Assembly: GCF_006345805.1 (NCBI RefSeq)
Contig: NC_043000.1
Coordinates: 63,302,001-63,366,000 of the forward strand
Source: Octopus sinensis
Lineage: Eukaryota
Length of the DNA stretch: 64,000 nucleotides
Direction: 5' to 3'
Position 1 is the stretch's first letter, and every line of letters starts with the position of its first letter. A program made the translations under genes and the position numbers. This document shows, piece by piece, positions 52,364 to 64,000 of the stretch. The notes below the pieces were generated by a model. The model was not told where the DNA came from. It saw only the letters and a list, made by a program, of their open reading frames with translations, and ran no database searches.

Positions 52364-53133
52364 GAGAGAGTTACACATCCACACACAGAATTTATATATA
52401 CATATGTAAATAGTCTTCATATATGTGTACATGTGTGGATATAATTATAGTCATTTTATGTGTCTGTCTACCTATCTGCCTACCTATCCATCATTTTGCA
52501 ACCAAACTCTGACTACCAAACAAAAATGCCGCTTAACCATGGCTAAGGAATTTGTTAATGACTGGTTTGTTGCCAAAGGGCCAACATACTATTAATGGCT
52601 ATCTACTTCTTTCATTAAACACTATATGAACAAAACACCCAATTATTATTATTACAAGAAAGATTTGTCAGCACTATTAGAACATTAGACAAAGTCAGTC
52701 CTTGCAGTGTTTCTTCAGGCTCTTTAAGTTCAATTTTGTCTTTCGTCCCTCAAGAGTCAATAAAATTAAATACCAGTCATGTACTGAGGTTAATTTAGTC
52801 ATCTGGTCTCTTCTTCCAAATTGCCTAAATCAGAAACTATGTGTCTAAGAAGTTCACTTTGCAGCTATAGGATTCAGAGTTCAATAGTACTGCATAGAAA
52901 ATGTTATTATTCATAACCTTGGATTCTTTGTGAATGAAATTTGGTAGAGAAAAAAAAGGGCTTTGTGTGGAAGCCTATGGTGTGTGTGTAAATATACATG
53001 TGTTTGTGCCCATGTGTGCATGTACATGCATGTCTGTGTATATATACATACACATGTGCGTACCTTATGCACTCACACCAGTGTTTACACTCTTTACCAA
53101 TGTGTGTGTGTGTGTATATATACACACACACAC

Positions 53134-53167
<34 letters not shown>

Positions 53168-53170
<3 letters not shown>

Positions 53171-54434
53171 GTCATCCCATAAATAATGTGGGGTTTTTTT
53201 TACTACTTTTATTTTTCAAAATTAAGATAAACAAATTCTTTTTTAATCTAAACTATACTTTCCTTCATTTTCTACCATGCTTTTCCATTTATTTGGTAGA
53301 GTTGCAAGGCCTCTCTTCAAAAATTCACTTGTCTGTAACAAAAAATACCCCTCCAGAACTCTTCTGACCTGATCTACAGAATTCAAATTTTTTCCGTCAA
53401 AATGTATTTGAAGACTGCAGAATAAATGATAATCAGATGGCGAAATGTCTAGCGAATATGGTGGGTGGGGCATCGTTTCACATTCAAACTGCTCCAACCT
53501 CTGGAATGTCATCCTTGCTGTATGTGGCTGAGCATTATCCTAATGGAAGAACACCTTTCATCTTGAAACCAAAGATGGTTGTTTTTCTTCTAGTGCTGCT
53601 CAAGCTGCTTGCAGTAGATCTCCCTTCTTATCAGTTGGTTTGGGTTTAAAAGTTCAAAGTGGACTAAACCTTTCATATCCCACTAAGCAGATTACAACAC
53701 CTTACATGGTTGAAGATCTTCTTTGGCCTGGGGTACTGGTGTTTCTCCTTTCCCTACCCACTGTCTTCAGCACTTGACTTTTTTATAGAGAATCCATTTC
53801 TCATCACCAGTCATTATTCAGTCCCAAAAAGGTTCATTTGTGAGACATGACAGCAAAGAAGAGTACACATTCACTCTCTGTACACAATTAAACTTGGAAA
53901 GTTTGTGAGAAACCCACTGACCCAATTTGCTGACTTTTCCAATGACACGCAGGTGTAGATGGGTGATTGAATGACCAAATCCAAGCTTCTCTGCTAGTTC
54001 CTCAACAGTTACAAAGGGATTTTGTTCCACCAGGGTTTGCAGGATCTCATCAAGCTCTACAGATCTTCCAGCATGAGGCTCATCTTCTAGGCTATAGTTT
54101 CCAGCTCACTATTTCTGGAACCACCAGTGACACTGGTTTACACTTATTGTCTGATCCCCATATACTGCATTAATATTCCTCACACTTTCTGTTACATTGT
54201 TGCCTTTATTAAATTTATAAAGCAAAATATGCTGAATATGCTCCTTAGTCATTTCCTTTATAGCTTTGGAAATATAACAATTAAAATCAAACTGCACTCT
54301 TCAAAACTTGCACAAAGAATAAGCACAATTATTACCTGCTTTTACAGTAAGTTGATGCAGGTAATTTATCCTGTCTCCCTCCAACTTTTAGTTCATGCAA
54401 TTGAAAAAAACCGCATTATTTATGGGATGACATG
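53168..54434 (-). mobile_element. Near-full-length mariner (DD34D) element, transposase pseudogene
   Basis: TIRs GTCATCCCATAAATAATG / CATTATTTATGGGATGAC; MTKEHIQHILLYKFNKG.., KLGQWVSHKL, PHPPYSLDISPSDYHLF; multiple stops and frameshifts; ~1.27 kb. Confidence 0.92.
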
Positions 54435-54803
54435 GATGTAAACAATAATTTGAGAAGTGAAAAAAAACTGCATTTTGAACAAAGTTCCTTTTGATATTTA
54501 TTTTGTACTGAGTTTCACACTTCTTTCTGATTGGCTTTCTGATTGCTCACCAATTGTGATATTAAATGAAAATAAAATAACAACAATAACAAACAAGATA
54601 TTGGCAGTTTGAATCTTGTCACTCACACTAGATCATATTCCTAGCCAATACATCAACCTCTCAAATGGCACAATTAATATAGCTAAAATCTTCTGTTGGT
54701 CAGAAACAATTCATTTGACAAGTGGTTCGTTAGCAAATAACTCTGAGTTCAAGTATCCTTATGGTTTTAACAAGCAGATCTAGTACTCAACTTCAGATTG
54801 GGA

Positions 54804-55181
54804 TTATTTACATTTGACGGATATTTGTCCTCATCTCTGTTGTTAACACAACCTTTCGGCTGATATACCCACCAGCCTTCATCAGGCGTCTTGGGGAAAT
54901 TTCAAACCTGGGTTCTCGTTCCTAAGGCATTTTTCTGTTATTATTATTATTATTATTATTCAGGTCACTGAATAATAATAATAATAATAATATCAAAAAT
55001 ACCTTAGAAATGAGAACTGAGGTTCGAAATTTCCCCAAGACACCTGATGAAGACTGGAGGGCATACCAGCCAGAAGCTGTGTTAACAACAAACAAGATAA
55101 GGACAGATATCCATCAAATGTAAATAATATAAATATTGTAAATAATGTACATAATTCCTCATCTCTTAAATATAGAACTGT
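54804..55181. mobile_element. Family A fold-back HHR element, copy 3
   Basis: Arms 54804-54935 and 54993-55127, with the tail to 55181. The centre keeps CAGGTCACTG from the end of the tRNA head. Near-identical flanks TTCAGATTGGGA / TTTAGATTGGGA suggest a TSD. Confidence 0.85.
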
Positions 55182-57737
55182 ATTTAGATTGGGAGTCCTG
55201 AAATACTTTCAAGAGCTTAAGATGAATTACAAGTTTTGTGTAATGGATAGTGTATAACAAACTCATTCAATGTTAAATTCATTATGCATAAGCTGTTGTT
55301 GTTTGTCCATAAGTCATCACTGATCAATCAGACCTGTAATCAAAGGTGTTCCTGCTAGGCATAGCATATGTAGAACCACACTGTGCAACATGTGCTTCCC
55401 TTTTTCAAAACAGTAGGATGTGATTTGAGAGAGATTTGGCAGGTCAAATGACCCACCTGACTCCTAGAGATTCCTTTGTGATTTTATTACACATAGGCAT
55501 CTTATATCAGATATCTTCCACAGCTGTGAGATATTGTAGAATGGCATGTATAATGGCAATAATATGCTTAATATATAAATTATAGTAAGCTATATAATTA
55601 GTCAATTAGTAGTGGAAAGCTAACAAATTTAATTTAGTGAATGAAGAAATATTGATTCATTAAAAGTACATCATCAGTGAAAAGAACCAATTATTATCTT
55701 AATGGCCAGAGAAAACGACCCCACCATTTAAATCAAACATAAAATACAAATTAAACTAAATTAAAAATAAAATATAGGAGTAAATTTGATCTTTGGCAGT
55801 ACAATGCCAATTGAGGGTATGTTTAAGTTTTATTAAATCTTAACAAAATTGTCACTGCAGATCTTAAATGATGAAAGAGAAGTGTGAAAGATATTTTTTT
55901 AATACTGAGCAGTGTAATGACTTTAAAAAAAATTGGTTGTAGGGAAAATTACCCACAAACACCTTCTGTATGAAAAGTAATTAGTAAAAGGAGTGCTAGC
56001 TTCATAATGTTGTGAGCCAAATCATCATTTTAATTCATAAAAATTACACTTATGATGAGAAGAATCAATCATTATTTTAATCACATACATACATGAAAGG
56101 CATGAAAGATATCAAGAAAAATTATGTAATAATGTATCAAACTTCAAAATTATCAATATCGGAATGGTAATCATACTAAATATGTTACATATGCCAGCAT
56201 AATGTGGTTTATTGGAAGAAGTATTAGAATGTCTGGCAAAATGTTTTGCAATATTTATTCTAGTCCTTTGCATTCTAACTTCAAATCCTGCCATGATCAA
56301 CTTTGCCTTTCATCCTTTCAAGGTCGATAAATAAAGTACCTGCTTGGAGTATATGGCAGGTGAAATTGTTAGAATGCTTTACAACATTGGTTCTAGCTCT
56401 TTGCATTCAAAGTTCAAACCCCACTGTGGACTACTAACTACAAGAAATAGGAACTCCACTATGCTCACATTCTTAGCTAATCATACATAGCATTAGAGCA
56501 CTCTATGTCATCCAGCACGCTGAGAGTGATTATCATCATCCTCATCAACATGATGTGGATGATGATAAGAATAAAAGCATTAGAATATTAATATCAAAGT
56601 TTTCTCACAGGAACCCATAGCTGAAATGTATTTCCAAGAGTTCAAAATGAAGATGAACCACACAAGCCTTAGACCCAATGGTATACAATGCAATGAAATA
56701 TCTCTCCAATAAAATCAATATCTGTCAAAACTAAATAAATAAGGCATAGCTAGGCAATAAATTAAAACAAACTTATTGTTTATCTTGAATCTTTTGAGAG
56801 AAGAATGCATACACATTCACTTGTTGTTCAACCCACCAGGTCAGTACCAATCAAACAGATTTATGATCAAACTGTTTCAAATTCCATATTAATTTCAAAC
56901 AATTTATCAACGATTACATCATCAAACTCACTGTTCTGCTTTTAATTTGGTAAGATAAGATTCAAGGGGAAATGGCTGCTGCTTCTAGTTGGTTAGTGTT
57001 TACATACCTTTTTTACAAAGGCGTAAATTTGTATTTAACTTATAATAAGTGACAATTCAAATAAATCAATAAAACAGTACAGAGAAAAATAATAGAAATC
57101 TAGATTTCCTGTTTATTTTTTTCATAAAATTTGACATTTAAAAAATGTATTTTGGTTTGGACAGTGATAATAAAACAATGATAGAAATACGCAGTGATAA
57201 ACATCTAGAGGCATATAAAAGACAAAAGTTGGATACATGCTTGGTGAAAAAAAAAGTGTTCAGTGTTGCTGTAACAATGGAAAATCTGAGATTTAGAACA
57301 GGCTGAGTCATGGGAGAGACTGCTGCATATGGTGGTTTAGAAAACATTATCAGGATATATAGATCAAGAATATGAGCCACTGAAGTAGTGTCATGTGGTC
57401 AGCTTGGCATCTTGGGCATGTGTTTTCTATGACATCCTTGAGCTGACTAATGCTTTGTGAGTGAATTTGATAGACAGAAACTGTGTGCAAGCCCATCATC
57501 TATGTGTGTGTACTCTAACTTGTTTCGACTTTAAAGCTGTGGTCATGCTGGGGCACCGTATACAAATGTGAAGAAGAAACTTGAATAATATGCCACTTGT
57601 GATTTAAACCCTGTCAGTTAGCAGCTGGTTTTAAAAATCATCTGAGGGCTCATCAATGGAGGGATTGTGCAGTGTGATGGGGTGTGGTGTGTGTGTTGAT
57701 GGGATGGCTATCCTCTATCAAGATGAAGCAATCATCA

Positions 57738-57772
<35 letters not shown>

Positions 57773-60700
57773 CTAGTGGGTGTGTCTTTGTCTCTTTGTT
57801 TGTCCCCTGCCCACAACTCAACTACTGGTGTTGATTTGTTTAGGCCTGGCAAAAGAAACCAATGAAATAAGTATCAGACTTAAAATTAATACTAGGGTCA
57901 ATTTCTTTGAGTAAAACCCTTCAAAGTGGAACGCTGGCATGGCTACAGTCCAATGCCTGAAAACAAGATAAAAGATAAGAAAGAAGATATTGGATAATGT
58001 TAGCCCTCGATGCAAACTCAGAGTCACAGCTATTAATCCTAAACTTGCTTGATTAGTGTTATCCTAGAGTTAAAGAAACAACATACTGAAGTTCCATCCA
58101 AAATGGGTGCAAAACTGATGATTTGATGGTGTTAGTGAAAGTACAAGGAGGATTCAGAAAATGAATCAATGTGATAGGAAAGTTTCACTAAAGTTAATAC
58201 AAAACAGGTTTCTTTTATAAACTAACAATAAAGTTTAATAAACAGATCAATAACATAATCACAGCTAAGTCTAACAAAGATGCTATTAACACTGAATTTT
58301 CTTTGAAAATGAATATTTCTTATTCAAATCCATTGGCTTCACTAAAGCAAACCTAGTGTTATAATAAGGTTTCCAAGAACATTTTTATAAAAATTTGTTG
58401 TAATCATAACTATTGTTCATAGTGCTTCTTTCATTTTATAAGATTTTTATGTATACTGACGCTGCTTTCTCTTATAATTCATCATTCAATTTATGCTGCA
58501 ATCTCTTATAAATTTATCTTTCACTAAGATAGTGATAAAACAAATATAGTAATCAGCTTTGATATGATTCTATACCAAAAGATTTAGGCTTAAATTATTT
58601 AATTATAAGCCATTGCAGTTAAGAAAGATAATTCCAAATTTAATTTAATCCAACAAGTAATATAGTCAGTGCATCATTTCCTATATTACTGACTGAACCC
58701 AGTAGCATTGTAATTTATTTTTTAGGAGAACAAGTACTTATAAAATTGTTTTATTGTAAACTATATTGCTAGTGAATGTTTGGATTAGAACATCAAGTAC
58801 AATGTATACAATATAAACATTACTACTATATCAAATGAACATATCCAATTAAATGTATGTCAAAGTCCTTCAGCTAAAATAAGTTTATAATGGTGTATTA
58901 CATCAATTTCCACTTAACATAATATTATGTCCATCCACCAACTACTTTCTGCATTAACTACCACAGCTAATCCTTCCTCATCAGAATGTTGGACATCTGA
59001 CATCACCTACACACACACACGCACGCACACACACATACACACACTCGCTACTGCTGCTGACGCCACTGTCACCAAACATGGTGCCATGGTCTTCCTGCAA
59101 CTAGTGAAGAGGAAAATTAACAACATCAATGTTGCTAGCCTTGCATAGTCTTCAAAAAGAACAGGCACAGCCTCTTTCTTCAGATTAAATACATAAAAAA
59201 TTTTTTTTTTTTAATATGCAGCTCATTGAAATGATATTTGCTTCTCTTTCCCTGAAAATGGACAAAAATAATATTTTGATATTTATATAGAATTCTGTCA
59301 AGACCATTGTCCTATATATGAAATGTAGGCAAATCAAGCCAATTTAAAATGAAGTTGTGCTACATTATTTTTATCGATCAAGCTTTTAGGGACTAGATAT
59401 ATAAATTATACACAACTAACACATAACTATACATTTACTAATGTTTTCCCACAATGTAGATAAGTGAGCAGAGTTCATACATAGTACCAAATTCATCATC
59501 ATCATTTATTGTTCATGTTCCATGCTTGCACAGGTTGGACAGTTTGACAGGATCCAAGGACTGCATCATACTCCAGTGTCTGCTTTAACATGGTTTCTCA
59601 TGGCTGGATGTCCTTCTTCACACCAATCACTTTACATTGTGTATTGGGTGTCTTTTTCATGCCACCAGCAAGCACTATTGAGATCGCCATGCAACTTGGA
59701 AGACTATGAACTCAAAGGGAGTGGGGGTCTGCTTTATACCAGGGGATGAGAAGTTAAAGTGCAAGAGAGTAGGTTCTTGTGGAAAAGATTCATGGTTACT
59801 CACATTTAGTAGGAGAGGGAAAGAAAAATTAATAGAAGCTGCAAAGAGATAAATAGTGGAGATGAGGTGTCCAGATGGCCCCCCTGAAGGCATATGGTGA
59901 GTAGAAGTTGGGGGGGGGGTGCAAGGTTGTAATGGGAAGCAGAAGATAAGGCGATGGGAAGGCAGCCTAGATTTATAAAGTTGGACAGGGTTTAAGGATA
60001 ATGACCAGTGAGTCTGAACAAAATCTATAGACTTCAATCCTACTGGGCACAGTATGTGCCTGTTACTGTAGCCCTGGGTTGATCAGTAGCTTGTGAGTGG
60101 AATTTGGTAGAGAGAAGCTATGCAAGCATTCAGCATATGCATGTGTAAAGAGGGATGTATGCATGCTTCTGCATATATATTAACATGTGATACAGTATGT
60201 GTGCATTTATGTTCACACCAGTCTAAAAACCAGTGTTTATATTGTATCCCTTCAAGTTATGTAATATAGAAAAGCTTTAGAAGATATATAGAGAGATAAT
60301 ATAACTAACAGTCTAAAATATGTACTGAAGTCAATATGATTAAATGAAGTCTGAATGTGGTGCTCCAGTAGAGTCACAGACCAGTTAAAGAGATTAAAAA
60401 TATATCTTTAAAAATTATCACAACAAAAAATACAATGTCTATGTTTCTTTAAAATAGATCATTCCTTTTAAGATACTAAAGATTCAATATGACTGAATAT
60501 TTTTATAGTATTATTGGGATGACTTACATTAATGAAAGGAAAACTTACAAATGCAACATATAAGATGGGTAAAACATAACAGAAAAATTTTTTTCTTGAG
60601 TAGCTTCAAAATCTCTGGTAACTAAGATTTTAATGATCAAAACTTTAAAAAAAGAATAATCCAAGATTAACAATTTTAAGCAATAATAAACAGTGAAATA

Positions 60701-62245
60701 CACTGCTTATTGCAATAGCTATCACATTAAATCAATATTTTCAATCTATTTATTTGTCCTTAACAAAAAGTCATTTTTCTTAACTTGTGATTCATAAAAG
60801 TATTTATGAATGTATACTTTATTTAATACATACCCAAAAATCTACACATTGGGATTAGACATTTGAGACACCCATAAAAAATTTGCAACAGCACAAGGTC
60901 CCAATGTTTAAAATTACTGAATTAGGTAACTAAAGCCATAATATTGGCAATTATATATGCAGGCAGGGCTATGTGGTTATGAAGCTCACTTTACAACCAC
61001 AAGGTTTTGGGTTCAATCCCACTGCACAGCACCTGGGGCAAGTGTATTTTGCTGTAGCTCTATGCTGATCAATGCTTTGTGATTGAATTCTGTACATGAA
61101 AACTTGTGGAAGCTCATCTCATATGCACACGTGTGTGTGTATCCCCACCACTACCACTTGGCAACCAGTGCTGATTTGTGTCTATGTAACTTAACATGGA
61201 GAATATATGGTAAATAAATTGAATTAAAACCATCACATTAATGATGTTTATTTTATATCTTGACAGGAATCTGAATTCAGGAACAGAAACCAAAATTAAA
61301 AAACACTTTATTTTGCTATTGTTTGGCCCAAGAATTGTCAATTAATTTGCACAGGAATAATCCTATTTTTTGTTCCATAGTTTAAAGTCTTTGGACTCTG
61401 GAAGAAAGTAAACCAGACTGACAATGAATAAACCCAAAGCAATTAAAGATTAGTGGCCACGGTAAATGTTAAGCCTATGTTAATGGCATTAAGAAAGTCT
61501 AATCCTATCTAACTTGAATTGAGATAATCTAAAATATAAATAGCAATGTCATTAAGTTTATTTCCAACTAATTAAGCAGAAAAAAATACAAAAAAAATCA
61601 CTTAAGTAATTTTAATAGCAAATACTTCTTAGCTAAAAATGATTACTGTAACTTCTGGGGGAAAAGGAAAATGAGCTCTTGACCCAGTCAGTCCTCCAAT
61701 CATTCTTATAAAGGTGGATACTTTTTCTCCACTGGTAACTAATAAAATGTGACAATAACTAAGTGGATAATGAGTTGGTATCTTGATTAAAGAATTATGA
61801 ATTCATATGTCACTTATGTAATGGAGACAAGAAGAAAAGAAAAACTATAAACTTTTAACTCCTTTACCTGGAAGTGGCAGGGAAGAAGAGGGACAAAGAA
61901 GGGTACAACAAACTGACTAATGATTTGGTGCTAGGAAGGGAATCTAGCCTTAGAATCCAGGCCAAAGTAGACACTGGAGCACAAATGCAGTCCTTGGGCC
62001 CATCAAAATCTGTGAAACAGTCCATCCAACCTTATGATAGTACTTTATAGGCATCACTGTGTGATTGGGCTGCTTTGCAACCACATGATTTCAAGTTCCA
62101 TCCCACGACATAGCACCTTGGACAAGTGTCTTCTGCTGTGGCCTTGGGTCAATCATTGCCTTGTGGACAAAATTTAGTGGATGGAACCCGAATGGAAACC
62201 TGTCCTATCCTATACATTTGTAGCTACACACACACACTTAGTAAA

Positions 62246-62700
62246 AATGAAAATTATTTCTGGATGGAAATTTTTATGTTCTATTAATGCATTGTAACAT
62301 GTTTCTACACACTACGTCTGTTTGTGACTATATTCTCACATCCATAGGAAATTATTAAATATTTAATATTCTATGGATGTGAGAATATGGTCACAAACAG
62401 ACATGCGGTATGCAGAAATGTAAGTTGCAATGCACTAATAAAATATAAACATTTCCGTCCACAAATAATTTTCATTATTAGTATGATTGCCTTAAGCTGT
62501 AAGGAGTTCTGCAGATATATCCATCCGATAGGATTACTCTGAAAGATAGGAATAACAGACAGTAACTGATGACGGGATGCATAAGAGCTCTTACAAGTGC
62601 ATTTGGAGGCATTTGCCCAAAACAAACTGATATATATATATATTGTTGTATTTCGGGATAGTTTTTTTTTTTTTCTTTGTCAAATAAACACACGTACAAT
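62246..62700 (+). mobile_element. Fold-back element (230-bp palindrome) followed by an HHR-like motif (family D)
   Basis: 62246-62360 is the reverse complement of 62361-62476. The right arm continues to CAGTAA-CTGATGA-CGGG...CCC-AAAAC-AAACTG at 62560-62629. Confidence 0.65.
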
Positions 62701-63127
62701 ATATTTTTTCTTCACTCATTTATTACTGTTCTTATTTTATTATTTTAACTCATGTCCATTGAACAGAAATCTTTCATCACACATCTGTGACCTCTTCAGC
62801 GACACTTTTCTTTTTTGTGTGTTCTTGCTCCACTTGCTCCATTTTGCTCTTCTAAGATTATATATATATATATAGGCATGTATATTTGTGAGTGTTTCCA
62901 CATTGTCATCATGAGTGAAAATGATGACAATGCTTATGTCTGTTGTAAACAAAATGCCCAGTCACTACATGGTTCGTTCATGAGAAAACCAGTGGAATAA
63001 GAGACATTTTTCTTGAAACACAAGCAAGAGTTGGTGACAGGAAGTACATTCAGAAAACTGCCTGAATAACTCTCATCCTACCCATGTAAGCATAGAAAAC
63101 AATGGATATACAAAAATTATGTATATA

Positions 63128-63995
63128 CAGGGTGTGGTAAATAATCTGGCATCTAAATTACGCAAAAATGAAAATAACACTGACATCTCATTTTAACAGA
63201 TATATTTACCAAATTTACATAAAAATATCTTGAAATACTTAACAGTAACTTTATTCAAAATGAAACTGCCATTGGCTTCAACCACAGCCCCCAGACGACT
63301 TCAGAATTGCCTGCAACTCTTCTGGAAGGCCTCCTTGTTTAAGTTGGTGCATGCTGCCATAATTCTTGCCTTCAGTTCATCTTTGGTACTCACTCAACTG
63401 TGCCCCACACATAATAATCAAGGGGGTTGAAGTCTGGGATGTTAGGTGGCCAGATGTTAGGGGTGATGTGGTTACAGAAAATGACTGACAGCCATAACTG
63501 GGTTCTCCTGCTTGTGTAGCATGGTGCAGAGTCCTGTTGCCAGACATAGGGTCTTCTAGCAGCCACCCTCTTGACCCAGGGCAGCACTATCTCCTCCAGG
63601 CACTTGATGTAGCCTCCATGTTGAGTCTGAGGTTATGTGGGAAGATGAATGGAAGCATAACATTGCCATCACTAGAGATCACTCCAAACACCATGATGTT
63701 GACTGGATGTTTGATTTTTATCATTCGTGATACAGGTCCACAGATTGCACTGTCCTCAGATTGACACCCAAACACTCTGAAACATTCATATTGGAGCTTC
63801 CGGTGTGAATGTCAAGCAGTACAGCATGTTATTTACAAATTTATGGCAGAGTGAATTGCATCATGGTGCTGTTTTTCTCACAGACGGTGCCCAACTGACC
63901 CTACTATACTTTGTAGTCTACAAAATCAAAAACAAACAACGTGCATGTGCAAAATTCAAAATATAAAATGGTGGCAATTTACTCATCACACACTG
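63128..63995 (-). mobile_element. Internally deleted maT (DD37D) Tc1/mariner element
   Basis: KHPVNIMVFGVISSDG and WQQDSAP...WPPNIPDFNPLDYYVWG, with 37 residues between the last two Asp; CAG..TGTG TIRs flanked by TA. Confidence 0.88.
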
Positions 63996-64000
63996 TATAT

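Overview
Eukaryotic, very AT-rich, microsatellite-dense non-coding DNA. The SINE/MITE repertoire looks like an octopus (coleoid cephalopod) genome; this is an inference from the repeat families. No host protein-coding exon can be supported, and nearly all ORF-track entries are noise from microsatellites and repeats. Recognisable content: tRNA-derived SINEs, RTE and HERO-type LINE relics, two mariner and one maT (DD37D) DNA transposon relics, TTAA-type and hAT-type MITEs, non-autonomous Helitrons, Penelope-like element (PLE) GIY-YIG fragments and one U2 snRNA copy. The most striking signal is a set of at least five unrelated short elements carrying minimal type I hammerhead ribozyme (HHR) motifs. 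Most were inserted as head-to-head fold-back palindromes in which one arm lacks the terminal tail, often inside (TA)n. They include (i) a tRNA-headed (Pol III promoter) HHR element whose family shows ~12-bp TSDs, i.e. a candidate PLE-dependent SINE, and (ii) a near-full-length U2 snRNA fused head-to-head to an inverted PLE 3' end, i.e. a candidate for trans-retroposition of a cellular RNA by PLE machinery. All motifs were read by eye; ribozyme activity and novelty are untested.
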